A stretch of DNA of 63,705 nt, the filler included, from Octopus bimaculoides (Eukaryota), in NCBI RefSeq assembly GCF_001194135.2. It is 5 parts of 5 records of this genome, joined end to end, with 100 filler letters (N's around TTAATTAATTAA, not from the genome) between each part and the next. Parts side by side here need not be neighbours in the genome. Positions count along the whole stretch, not along the records: positions 12,204 to 38,280 come from NC_068982.1; 4 more parts are not named here. One strand, written 5' to 3'. This document shows, one piece after another, positions 27,034 to 38,269 of this stretch. The position numbers and the translations under genes were made by a program. The stretch's first letter is position 1. Each line of letters opens with the position of its first letter. The notes under the pieces were generated by a model. That model saw only the letters and a program-made list of their open reading frames with translations, had not been told where the DNA came from and ran no database searches.

Positions 27034-27279
27034 TATTAAAACGTAAAATTAAAACAAAACACAAAGGATTCCGCGGTACACGTGTTTCAAGCTTATATAA
27101 GTACATACATACACGTACATACATACACGTACATACATACACATGCACATATATATGTACATACATACACATAAACACACTCACAGATACTAAGAGAGTG
27201 GTAGAAAATAGATAGGCCAAAAATAGATAGAGAGAGAGAGAAAGGGAGGAGAAAGAGAAAGAAAGAAAGATAGATAGAT

Positions 27280-27333
<54 letters not shown>

Positions 27334-28611
27334 TAGATAGAGAGAGAGATAGAAATGTGTGCGAGTGGCAGACGAATCTTCAAAAGAAAAGTGAATCATG
27401 AAAAAGGAAAAAGAAGATAGAAAGATGCAGATGAAATGAGTGTGGATGAGTCAGGAATATTTACTATATATTCTAAGGAATGGAAACAATAAAAAGAAAC
27501 TCAAGCTAATGAGAAAAAGTGAGAGCAAAGTTTGAATGGAACTGAAAGTTGGTGCAATGAATAAATAATTAAGTCAGAATATATATTTTAAATTCAAGGT
27601 GAGTAGAGAAGAAAGAAAAAACAAGTTTATTTCTGCAAGTGGTTTGGAAGTTATAAATTATATGCATTTTGAAAACCTCAAATCTTGACTGACCTCTGCA
27701 CATCTGACATTCTCTCAATGTTTCTTTCAAAAGATGTGTTTCACGAATCTAAAAGAAACAAAACTTACGATTACCTGTTGGAAATAATAATAGTTTAAAA
27801 AGAAAGAGGAAAAAAATTGCGTCTAAACAATAAAGGTTGAATAAACCGGTTTATATTTTCCCTTACTGTCTTAGGTAAGCTAATTTTTAATTTGCAATGT
27901 CATAGGATTTGCACTAAGTTGTTTCACTGTGTTAATCAAAGTGGCGCTTCAAATGCTATAAATATGTAATTATTTCCTTAGTTTTTTTCTCTTACGCATG
28001 TCATGCCAATCTTACGAGGTCTTTTAATAGTAAATAATCAAAATTCTAATCTTTATTCGCCTTCAAATTTTAATTTTACCTAATTCATCTAACGTTTTAT
28101 TATTTTATAATGTAAAACATACATATAAAAAATGGTTTATGCTCTTTAAATCCATTGAGATTAATTGTGGAGATTTCTTCGATTAATTGCAACCATCTGA
28201 TGGCGTTAGAAATAATATACGCATGATGAAAAATTCCGTTACTTATTTTTCATTCTTTTACGATGATGGAGAAATAAAGAGAACTGGAACTTAGATATTT
28301 TAAGATTTTTATGTTTTCATGTGCATTCGGTATCGTCGACGAAGATGAATAAGAATGTCTTTTTTCCAAATAAACATCACGCACACACACACACGAGCGC
28401 GCGCACACACACATACACACACATGCACACACGCATCACAGGGTTTTAAAATTAACGATGAGAGTATCATCATAGAGGATAACGAAAACAAAGTACAGTT
28501 ATTAGTTTGATGCCAAATGAAGGATTAAGAAAGAAACTTGTCTTTGATATTTCGAGCTTAAATTATTCTTCATGAAGTTAGATAAACGGAAGGAAAATAT
28601 GAAGAGGAAGA

Positions 28612-28647
<36 letters not shown>

Positions 28648-28967
28648 GTGTATATAGCAATCGTGATTTTCATCTCATATTGGTCAGCGATCAACTTCGA
28701 CACCTGACACGTGGTACNNNNNNNNNNNNNNNNNNNNNNNNNNNNNNNNNNNNNNNNNNNNNNNNNNNNNNNNNNNNNNNNNNNNNNNNNNNNNNNNNNN
28801 NNNNNNNNNNNNNNNNNNNNNNNNNNNNNNNNNNNNNNNNNNNNNNNNNNNNNNNNNNNNNNNNNNNNNNNNNNNNNNNNNNNNNNNNNNNNNNNNNNNN
28901 NNNNNNNNNNNNNNNNNNNNNNNNNNNNNNNNNNNNNNNNNNNNNNNNNNNNNNNNNNNNNNNNNNN

Positions 28968-29011
<44 letters not shown>

Positions 29012-31012
29012 GTGATATATAATAATATATAATATATAATAGTAAAAAGAAGAAAAGCGTAGACATATGGTTCATAATTTACGCTTTTCTGCTTTTTATT
29101 ATTCTAAATATACCGCTCTCAACTGTCGTTTTAGTCGATTCTGTATATATATGCAGGCAAGATTATTGCAACAATGTTTGTTGTATTGTAATAATGATTG
29201 GGATTTTAACGTTATGTTAATAATTGATTCTTAAGTACATGGATATACTGTATATTTTTATGATGTTCGTACATCTTTGGAAAACATTTGTATTTAGACT
29301 TTTTGAGCTTGCTGCTTGTTCAGCCTACTCAAGGTAACAACACAGTAGTCTATCCACAAGATCAGTGATACTGTCACAAAATGTTTGGAAGGCAAGTCAA
29401 ATAATTATAAAACTGCTTCATAAATATTTCCTCAAATAATTATAAAGATATCGCGCAAACATTTCTCATCAAAATTAAATATCAATAAGTAAAATTGATG
29501 TATAACCATCACAAAATTATTCTTGGGTAATTAACATTCAATTAATAACACTCAGGTATGTTATTAAAATGTTGTAAATCCTGCTGAAAAATATTTGCAT
29601 GTACATTTAGAATTAGTTACAGTGATTGTTGAAGACAGCATGTTTGGAATAAAAAGCAAAAAATACGCGTAAATTTCACATTTAGTTCATCATTAAATTG
29701 TGCTCAATGGCTATTTCATTGATATAAAACAGGTGGACGCGCAATGGCCCAGTGGTTAGGGCAGCGGACTCGCGGTCATAGGATTGCGGTTTCGATTTTT
29801 CCCAGACCGGGCGTTATGTGTATTTATTGAGCGAAAACACCTAAAGCTCCACGAGGCTCCGGCAGGGGATGGTGGCGAACCCTGCTGTACTCTTTCTCTT
29901 ACTTCTTGTTTCTGTTGTGCCTGTAATTTAAAGGGTCAGCCTTGTCACACTGTGTCACGCTGAATATCCCCGAGAACTACGTTAAGGGTACACGTGTCTG
30001 TGGAGTGCTCAGCCACTTGGACGTTAATTTCACGAGCAGGCTGTTCCGTTGATCGCATCAACTGGAACCCTCGACGTCGTAAGCGACGGAGTGCCAACAA
30101 CAACAACAACATAAAACATAATTATCTATATAATTACTGTTTTACGTGTTATTATTTTTTAAATAAATAATGATGTTTTATATCATGGAAACAACTGTTG
30201 ATCACAATCAAATTATGAACTATATGCGAAATTTATGCGTTACTGCTTTGTACTTAAAAAATCATGACAGTACCGAAATATATTTTATTTTCCTATTGAA
30301 ATATGTTTAACATGCATGGATTTCCTTTGCCTATCGGTAAATATAATTTTGTTCATTTATGCCAAACGGTCTCAGATTACTAGCTCACTTTCTATTTCTA
30401 AAGGTGTTCGGAAATTAATCTTTTAATTCTGGATTCTGTGAAATCATTGAATATGGCTGGATTATTAAATTTATGAATACAAGGTGTATTCAGAATACTA
30501 AAGAAATAATAACTGCTTTCTTAAAACGTTATTGATATTGGTTATTTTTAAGCTGGAAATAAAAGTCAGTTTAATAGGATGGCGATATAAACAAATGTAT
30601 CGACCTCGGATTAACACTAGTACTTGATCAATCTAAGGAGGATTTGTGTGCTTTTGATAAAAGTCTTGCACATCATCTATATTTTGTCTCCAGAACTTTA
30701 TAAAAATATTCTAAAGTATCGTAGCAGTAAAAAATTATTAAATCAAGAAAATTTGTTTTCTCATTCAAATTTGAATTAGTTAATCCACAAAGAAACTATT
30801 TGAATAAGCTTTTACATAGAGTATTTTATTTGTATGATGGAATGTGTAAGGAATATCTGTTGAGGTCAAGTCAATCAATACATATCAAGATTACATGATG
30901 TATGTAAATATGTATACCTGGTTTTGGAAATCTCTTTGCAAATCTCTAATTGCTCGTGTCAGTTCTCCAATGTAGCTGCTTAGTGGTGGTCCGTCCATTC
31001 TATCATGTTCCT
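15485..31012 (-). CDS. Tsp: Partial multi-exon gene: thrombospondin subgroup B (COMP/TSP3/TSP4-like); five exons identified, 5' and 3' ends not found
   Basis: Spliced product (689 nt): [229 protein letters not shown]. All four introns are GT-AG with matching phases (0,1,1,0). Heptad + CxxC matches the COMP pentamerisation domain (QVREITFLKNTVMECDAC). CPPGY..EGVG...A..KQ matches the insertion diagnostic of TSP/COMP EGF repeats. Confidence 0.93.
16078..16290 (+). mobile_element. 3' fragment of a Tc1/mariner-superfamily element (maT/DD37D-like)
   Basis: Encodes DIVRNACAKLQSRLEAVVETEDGHF*, a typical transposase C-terminus, then a terminus AAATTTAGCCCGAGTACTCTG|TA. Confidence 0.6.
17393..17616 (-). 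CDS. Tsp: Thrombospondin exon: rest of EGF2, EGF3, and the DINE start of a calcium-binding EGF (phase 1 to 0)
   Basis: Acceptor ttttctctcattccag|, donor GAG|gtaaga; 224 nt (inside ORF 17384..17707). Confidence 0.95.
18732..19207 (+). mobile_element. tRNA-derived SINE family A (GGAGTGGCTGTGTGGTAAG head, internal microsatellite, AAAAGAAT tail)
   Basis: A box TGGCTGTGTGG, B box GGTTCAGTCC. Other copies (approximate): 33449-33593(+), 38421-38625(-), 38867-38933(+), 42050-42121(-), 53173-53275(+), 56954-57090(+), tail-only at 17715-17903(-). Confidence 0.88.
20149..21185 (-). mobile_element. Three SINE family B copies on the - strand
   Basis: About 20149-20350, 20372-20562 and 20975-21185; reverse complement of the same consensus. 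Confidence 0.85.
21496..23111 (-). mobile_element. Full-length but inactivated Tc1-like transposon (1616 bp) with long IR/DR-type TIRs, in a Tsp intron
   Basis: TA|CAGTAGCGAGC ... GCTCGCTACTG|TA; TIRs about 21496-21672 and 22899-23111. Minus-strand transposase remnants from the ATG at 22804: WSKVHFSDESKFNLVGSDGRQYVRR, GGGSVMVWG, FMQDKAPYHTA, SPDLNPIENLW; multiple stops and frameshifts. Confidence 0.95.
24560..24770 (+). mobile_element. RTE-clade LINE 3' fragment
   Basis: Encodes GKRPRGRPRRVRW...DRTPWKRCL, matching the RTE ORF C-terminal GKRPRGRP..RW...DR..W motif. Confidence 0.65.
25315..25488 (-). CDS. Tsp: Thrombospondin exon: EGF1 and start of EGF2 (phase 1 to 1)
   Basis: Acceptor atttacttgcag|, donor CCAG|gtaatt; 174 nt; [35 protein letters not shown] (inside ORF 25289..25504). 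Confidence 0.95.
26534..26727. repeat. Long inverted repeat (88-bp arms, 18-nt loop), probable fold-back MITE
   Basis: 26534-26621 versus the reverse complement of 26640-26727: five isolated mismatches in the first 74 bp, a 5-nt internal loop, then 9 further matched bp. Confidence 0.92.
27694..27748 (-). CDS. Tsp: Thrombospondin exon: end of coiled coil with CxxC (phase 0 to 1)
   Basis: Acceptor ttttgtttcttttag|, donor AGAG|gtcagt; 55 nt: [18 protein letters not shown](G). Confidence 0.9.
29735..30110 (+). mobile_element. tRNA-derived SINE, young copy with a (CAA)n tail
   Basis: A box TGGCCCAGTGG, B box GTTTCGATT; 3' part GTTGATCGCATCAAC hairpin, then AAGCGACGGAGTGC and (CAA)n. Confidence 0.85.
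30918..31012 (-). CDS. Tsp: Thrombospondin exon: linker plus first half of the pentamerising coiled coil (phase 1 to 0)
   Basis: Acceptor cttccctttgactttgcag|, donor CAG|gtatac; 95 nt, open: [31 protein letters not shown]. Too short for the ORF track. Confidence 0.88.
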
Positions 31013-31160
31013 CTGCAAAGTCAAAGGGAAGAAGTATAATACAGATTTTGTTGTGACTATGTTACATGTTTGAACATATTTATATACATAAATCCGTAAT
31101 GTAGAGACATACACTCGCATACAATTATATATTCATTTATTTTCGTGTGTTTGTATGTAC

Positions 31161-31164
<4 letters not shown>

Positions 31165-31217
<53 letters not shown>

Positions 31218-31274
31218 TTATCTATCTGCCTATCTGTCTGTCTATCTGTCCGTCCGTCCGTCCGTCCGTCCGTC
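31165..31274. repeat. Compound (TCTA)n-(TCTG)-(TCCG)n microsatellite; representative of the many (AT)n, (AC)n, (ATGT)n and (AGAT)n tracts
   Basis: Direct reading. Most assembly gaps in the window abut (AT)n tracts. Confidence 0.95.
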
Positions 31275-31359
31275 NNNNNNNNNNTACACTATATATATAT
31301 ATATATATATATACATACATGTATACACACATATATGTGCGTGTGTGTATGTATGAAGG

Positions 31360-31668
31360 CGGCTGGCTTAGTGGTTAGAGTATTTGGCTCACGATCACAA
31401 GGTCGTGTGTTCGATTTCCGGCGACGCGTTGTGTCCTTGAGCAAGACATTTTATTTCACGTTGCTCCACTCCACTCAGCTGGCAATAATGAGTAGTACCT
31501 GTATTTCAGAGGGTTAACCTTGTCACATTCTGTGTTACTCCTTGAGAACTACGTTAAAAGGGTACACGTGTCTGTGGAGTGCTCAGGGTTCTAGTTGATC
31601 CGATCAACGGAACAGCCTGCTCCTGAAATTAACGCATCTGTGGCTGAGCACTCCACAGACATGTGTAC
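31360..31668 (+). mobile_element. tRNA-derived SINE family C whose 3' end is inverted
   Basis: TGGCTTAGTGG / GTTCGATTT boxes, central TTGAGCAAGACA.TTTATTTCACGTTGCTCCA; shares its tail with 29735-30110, but 31587-31668 is the reverse complement of that tail. Confidence 0.8.
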
Positions 31669-32800
31669 AGTAAATCAAAATTCCATAAATAATATCTCTA
31701 ATTCTGCATTGACTCGAATGGAAAATTGTGTCGCTCCAGAAGGGCTTCAGTTTGAAAAAGATTCATGATGTTTCACATTTAGATGCTTTTATGAAATTCA
31801 TTCAGTTTTTAAACATAAATAAATCTTGGAATTAAACGGTTTTGATTACTGTCTGGTGACTTTTGGCCAACATGGTATATATATATATATATATATATAT
31901 NNNNNNNNNNNNNNNNNNNNNNNNNNNNNNNNNNNNNNNNNNNNNNNNNNNNNNNNNNNNNNNNNNNNNNNNNNNNNNNNNNNNNNNNNNNNNNNNNNNN
32001 NNNNNNNNNNNNNNNNNNNNNNNNNNNNNNNNNNNNNNNNNNNNNNNNNNNNNNNNNNNNNNNNNNNNNNNNNNNNNNNNNNNNNNNNNNNNNNNNNNNN
32101 NNNNNNNNNNNNNNNNNNNNNNNNNNNNNNNNNNNNNNNNNNNNNNNNNNNNNNNNNNNNNNNNNNNNNNNNNNNNNNNNNNNNNNNNNNNNNNNNNNNN
32201 NNNNNNNNNNNNNNNNNNNNNNNNNNNNNNNNNNNNNNNNNNNNNNNNNNNNNNNNNNNNNNNNNNNNNNNNNNNNNNNNNNNNNNNNNNNNNNNNNNNN
32301 NNNNNNNNNNNNNNNNNNNNNNNNNNNNNNNNNNNNNNNNNNNNNNNNNNNNNNNNNNNNNNNNNNNNNNNNNNNNNNNNNNNNNNNNNNNNNNNNNNNN
32401 NNNNNNNNNNNNNNNNNNNNNNNNNNNNNNNNNNNNNNNNNNNNNNNNNNNNNNNNNNNNNNNNNNNNNNNNNNNNNNNNNNNNNNNNNNNNNNNNNNNN
32501 NNNNNNNNNNNNNNNNNNNAAGAATTAAAGATTGTAATGAAAAGTAAAAAAGAAAGATACTACTGTTTTTGCAACGATAATCTTTCATGTTGAATCAACG
32601 ATCATTTATTCATTGTTGTAATAATAGCATGAGAAAGCAAAATGCTTTCAATTCTGTCAGTATACAAGCGGCCCTCAAAACACTTTTTGTGGCCCGCAAT
32701 GTAATTCGAGTTGGCCAGGTTTCAGTCCAATGAATGAAACAGGTAAAGGGTAAAAGATAAAATATACTAACAGATGAATATACAGATAACACAAACGCTT

Positions 32801-32833
<33 letters not shown>

Positions 32834-33592
32834 TACAGACAGTCACACACCCACACACAAACGCACACACACAGACGAACACACAGACGCACATAAATAT
32901 CTACAAAGAGAGAGAGAGAAAGAAAGAGAACCATAATGTTACATAAGTGTCCCGAGGTGTCATTCTGCACCAGACAGCTTCGGTTCTCAATAACAGATAA
33001 AATGCAGTCTACACAGTTTAAAGGATATTCAGTTTAATTTATTTATACTAGGATATACTATATGTTTGAGCAAATAATGGATTACACTTGCAAATATATT
33101 TTCTTAATGCTAACTATAAGCATTGCCGGTATTTGCACATATGTGTTAATATCTGTGGTTTTCAAAACATTATATTAAGTATATATATGACTGTATGCTT
33201 GTTTGTGTGTGTATATACGTGTATGTATGTAAACATACATCTGCGTGTGAGTCTGTCTGCCTGTCTTCTGTATGTATGTATATAAGTATGTCTTTAAACA
33301 TCAACGTTATTTGAATACACCCGAGTTTTAGCTAAACAACGGAAGTATTTTACTGAGTAACTGATGTATTTACTTTTTTCTCGCATAAGTATAAAAACTG
33401 TATGAATACATATCCATCTTATCTGAACTGAAAGCATTAAGAAATCATTGGTTAAGAAGCTTGCTTCTCAACCATGTGATCTTGGGTTTAGTCCCACTGC
33501 GCGGCCTTTTGGGCAAGTGCTTCCTACTATAACCCTAAGCTGACCCAAACCTTGTGAGTGGATTTGGTAGACAGTCACTGTGTGAAAACCCG

Positions 33593-33651
<59 letters not shown>

Positions 33652-33739
33652 TATCTTTCATTGCGTCCATGCTGGAGCATCGCATTTTAGAATTTTAGAC
33701 GAATGAATCGATCCCTATATATATATATATATATATAGT

Positions 33740-33929
33740 AAATCCCAAAAAGAACAAACACAAAAACACAACAACGCGAGGGCGTGGTATATGTAATGCA
33801 TTAGCAGACGCTCAGGGAAGGAAAGAAAGATGGCTTAACGTTTCGAGCAGACGCCCTTCTTCGGAAACAGAGGAAAGTCCAATAGAAGGAAACACGGAGG
33901 AAGAATATCGCCAGCGATTCACATGTGGC

Positions 33930-33935
<6 letters not shown>
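33740..33935 (-). mobile_element. Penelope-like terminal-repeat fragment, second subfamily, with a hammerhead motif
   Basis: Same layout (GACGCTCAGGGAAG...AACGTTTCGAGC..CGCCCTTCTTCGGAAAC) but diverged from the other three copies. Confidence 0.55.
33833..33868 (-). ncRNA. Minimal type-I hammerhead ribozyme motif (U4C core variant)
   Basis: GUUU-CCGAAGA-A-GGGC(GUCU)GCUC-GAAAC-GUU-AAGC: stem I 4 bp with one GU pair, stem II 4 bp with one GU pair, ACGU palindrome. Confidence 0.65.
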
Positions 33936-33969
<34 letters not shown>

Positions 33970-34070
33970 ATTATCTTTTTAAATCGCAAAGGACACATGA
34001 AATAATGAAGCTCTAGACTCAGTATATTTGAAAAATAAATTTCATGGACAATTTTTTCACTCTATTATTG

Positions 34071-34400
34071 AAGGACCCTTTTCGATCATAAACGACCATC
34101 GGATTGCACTTAGAGGGATACTCTCCAAGGCTCAAGTCCGAGCAAGTTTGTGGAAGGCTACCGCTCGCCGATGCATACCAGCGTCCCCTCTCTACGCCAC
34201 CGATGTTATCCAAGGGAAATTCAAAGGCCGATACAGCTTGGCACCAGTGACGTCGCGACTCATCTCTACAGTTGGGTGAACTGAAACAGCGTGAAATAAA
34301 GTGTCTTGCTGAAAAACATAACACACAGTCCCGTCCGGGAATCGAACTCACTACCTCATTTAGTGTAAGTCCGACACTCTAACCACCTAGCTATGCGCCT
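34071..34400 (-). mobile_element. SINE family C copy
   Basis: Homologous to 41795-42051(+) and in part to 12790-13040(-) and 16495-16632(-). Confidence 0.8.
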
Positions 34401-34426
34401 ACACGCTATTATTATTTATATTATAC

Positions 34427-35106
34427 AAGGCGCCGAGCTTGCAGAACCGTTAACACGCTGGTCAAAATGCTTGGCAACGTTCCGCCCCTCTTTACATTCT
34501 GAGTTCAAATGCCGTCGAGGTCGACATTGCCTTTCATCCCTTCAGGGTCGACAAAATAAGTTTCAGTTTCGTACTGGAGCCTATATATTCGACTAACCCA
34601 CTCTCACCCCAGAATCTCAGGCCTTGTGTCTATAACAGTATTATTTATACTATATATATTTATAATTTTATCTGCTTCGAGTTTTAGCGTTCCGAAAAAG
34701 AATTATTTCACGTTCTCTCGAAGTTTCTAATTCTTAGGACATTAACAAAATACAATTCTCACTGGTAAGAATTAAGTTTCTAAAACAGATAGAGAAATTC
34801 GAAAGATTGCTTTGGTCATTGCTCGAACGACTTTCATTATAACTCTGTCCGAGCAGTATCAGATTCAAACCAAACATCTAAAGAAACCGTTGACTTTAAG
34901 ACATAAAAGAGAAACTGCTGTCGTATTACAAAACAGGCAGCATGAAAGACAGGACTAGGTTATGGCGTTTATGGCTTAAGTGATGTAATAGAATTAAGAG
35001 CAGGCGTATGTTTATAAATAAATGCATACAAGCACGGAATGACTCGCATTATCCAGTGTCGGTCCACTTGCACTCATAAATTTGTTTTGTGGTAGCATGT
35101 ATGTGT

Positions 35107-35153
<47 letters not shown>

Positions 35154-36340
35154 TGTGTATGTGTGTGTGTGTGTGTGTTTGTGTGAGTGTGTGTTGTGTT
35201 TGTGTTTAAGTCATTTTAACACGTTGTAAGTCAGTGAATATGTAAGATATTGCAACATATCGTCTGTAGAAGCAACGACTAACTGGGTATGTGTATACCA
35301 ATGTATGAATATTTCTACGTATATGTATATAAATGCGTTTGTTTGTGTGTGTGTGAGTGTGTGTGTGTGTGTCAAATGCCAGCGTGTTCCATATACTCTC
35401 ACAGGAATCTGGGATCATATATGTATTTCGAGCCTATAGTTACGTCTGTGCATTATTTCTCATACTAGTTTATTGAAGCAAAATTAAAACAAAATGGCTG
35501 TGTATCGCGTGATGTATGACGTAATCAGTGTTGTGCCTGTTGCCTCTGTCTCTATACTGTTAACCAATCCATCTTTAATGTAGCTCTTTAATCTGTCCTC
35601 GTGATTTTACTGAATAAATTATTGTTTGATGTAAAGTGCCTATCTATCTTGTTTTTCCTCCCCACAATACTTTAACCTGTCACCTTAATTCTTTTGTTGT
35701 TGCATGAGAGATATACTCTTCTACTTTCCTGTCTAAGCTTTTCAAAACTTCTCTCTATCTTGATCCTTCAGTTTTAGCCTTAATTTTTTTTTACCCAAGC
35801 CCCAGACGGATGGCCAATGCAAATTGGCAGAATCCTTACAGTGCTGGACAACATTTCTTGTGGTATTTCTTCCGGTGGTAGTTCAAACGCTGCTGAGTTC
35901 GACTTTGCATTTCATCCCTATAGGGGTTGATAAAATAAGTATCAGATGAGCATTGGAGTCTATGAAATCGACTATCCCCTTTCCCCTAAATCTCAGGCTT
36001 GATTCCATAGTAGAAAGAATTATACACTCTTCATAGCAAATGAAATCTATGTTTTGAACTAAATATTTTTCCTGCGTGGTTGCCATGAATTTTCGCGTTT
36101 ATTCTATTTTAATATTATACTATTAAAGCAGGCAGCGAGCTGGCAGAATAGTTAGCGCACCGGGCTAAATGCTTAACGGCATTTCCTCCTTTACGCTTTG
36201 GGTTCAAATTCCGCCGAAGTTGACTTTGCCTTATATCGTTTTGGATTGATGGAATAAGAACCAGCTGAGCACTGGGATTGATGTATTCGAGTTACCCTTC
36301 CCCCAAAACTGCTGGCCTAGTGCCAAAATTTGAAACCAAC
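34427..36340 (+). mobile_element. Three further SINE family B copies (+)
   Basis: About 34427-34635, 35805-36012 and 36128-36340. More degenerate copies at about 43310-43480(+), 44915-45075(-) and 49603-49818(-). Confidence 0.8.
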
Positions 36341-36995
36341 ATTACATTATTAAAGAGACATTTTATAGACGAATATAGCTATTTTGAAATATAAAACTTA
36401 GGGTTAACATTTGTGTAGCTAACGAATCTATTGTCCAAATTTTGGTATCTCATTAAAACATACAAATATATTTTCTGTGTACTTGACTGCTATTATAAGA
36501 AACAGTCCATCCGCCCAAGCAACAAGGCCATATAAGATCACATTTGTATAGGGTATCAACTGCGAGAACATGTCGTATATTTGAATAGATCTTTACTAAT
36601 TGTATCATTTGTTTATTTTGATTCTATTCTGGGCGTGAGGGAAACGATTATTCAAATTTCACGAAACTGCCATTCTGCTTTACCAACACCTACTCTGATA
36701 TCATATGGAATAAATAAACTTCAAGTGTATGTATACATGTGATGTGTGTGCATACACGTGTATTTTCTGTGTTTTCAGTGTTTCACGTGTGAATAAGCCT
36801 GCGTGGGTTAGTGTGTGTGTGTGTACGTCCTCTGGAACCACAATACAGACAGAGTGAGAATACTAAAAGAGAGGGAATTGGAGTGTCACAAGTACCGGGA
36901 GGAGGCATGTGAGTATATACATAGATACATACACAAATACATGTGTGCGCGTGCACACACAGTATCTGTATACAGATATAAGTTATAACTATCTG

Positions 36996-37067
<72 letters not shown>

Positions 37068-37972
37068 CATACATATAATTATATACATATATCTACCATA
37101 TCTATATAAATTTATCTATTGCATTATATCATGTATCTGTGTGTGCGCGTATATANNNNNNNNNNNNNNNNNNNNNNNNNNNNNNNNNNNNNNNNNNNNN
37201 NNNNNNNNNNNNNNNNNNNNNNNNNNNNNNNNNNNNNNNNNNNNNNNNNNNNNNNNNNNNNNNNNNNNNNNNNNNNNNNNNNNNNNNNNNNNNNNNNNNN
37301 NNNNNNNNNNNNNNNNNNNNNNNNNNNNNNNNNNNNNNNNNNNNNNNNNNNNNNNNNNNNNNNNNNNNNNNNNNNNNNNNNNNNNNNNNNNNNNNNNNNN
37401 NNNNNNNNNNNNNNNNNNNNNNNNNNNNNNNNNNNNNNNNNNNNNNNNNNNNNNNNNNNNNNNNNNNNNNNNNNNNNNNNNNNNNNNNNNNNNNNNNNNN
37501 NNNNNNNNNNNNNNNNNNNNNNNNNNNNNNNNNNNNNNNNNNNNNNNNAAATAAATACAAAAAAGGTGGTTTTTTTGTATGATTGTGTATAGAGGAATAT
37601 ATTATTTTGTTTAAAAGAGTTCCAACACTGTCTGTTTTTTATGTTTTATTTATATTCCTGCAGAACCAATGTGGGGTATAGAATATGGAATATACAATAT
37701 ATAATATAATATACAATATATAATATAAAATAAAATAAAATAAAAATGGATGGCACCATGAAATAAAGTATTGAATGTTGATGAAATATTGAGTGTTCAA
37801 TATAAAGGATCAAATATATAAATATAAATATATAAAGGCGACTCGAGTTTCAGGGCTATTTCCCTTCGTCATGGCCGGTATGACAGACTTTCTATGTTGT
37901 TTTGTTTTTGCAAATATCTACGTGAAGACAAGCAAAACAGTATATATCGCGTGTGTGTATATATAGATATAT

Positions 37973-38269
37973 GTTGTTGTTTGCTCCTTCTCAACCTATG
38001 CCTGGCTCACAAGGGCCGGTTTCCCGATTTCATTGACGTATAGGTTCCCCACCTGGACAGTACGTCTGTCCGAGCTGCTAGATGCAGGATGAAAGAGTGA
38101 GAGAAAGATGTGGCGAAAGAGTCAGCAGAAGTTCGCCGTTACCTTCTGCCAGAGTCGCTTGGAGCTTAGGTGTTTCGCTCATAAACACACACATCGCCCG
38201 GTCTAGGATTCGAACTTGCGATCCCTCGACCGCGAGTCCGCTGCTCTAACCACTAGGCCATGTGCGTCC
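37973..38269 (-). mobile_element. tRNA-derived SINE with the same head as 29735 but a different body and tail
   Basis: Head GGACGCACATGGCCTAGTGGTTAGAGCAGCGGACTCGCGGTC; ends GAGAAGGAG(CAA)n. Confidence 0.8.

Noticed and set aside
29735-29815. tRNA-like sequences with A and B boxes (also all family A, B and C heads)
   Set aside because: They continue directly into SINE bodies and do not form complete cloverleaves; not tRNA genes.
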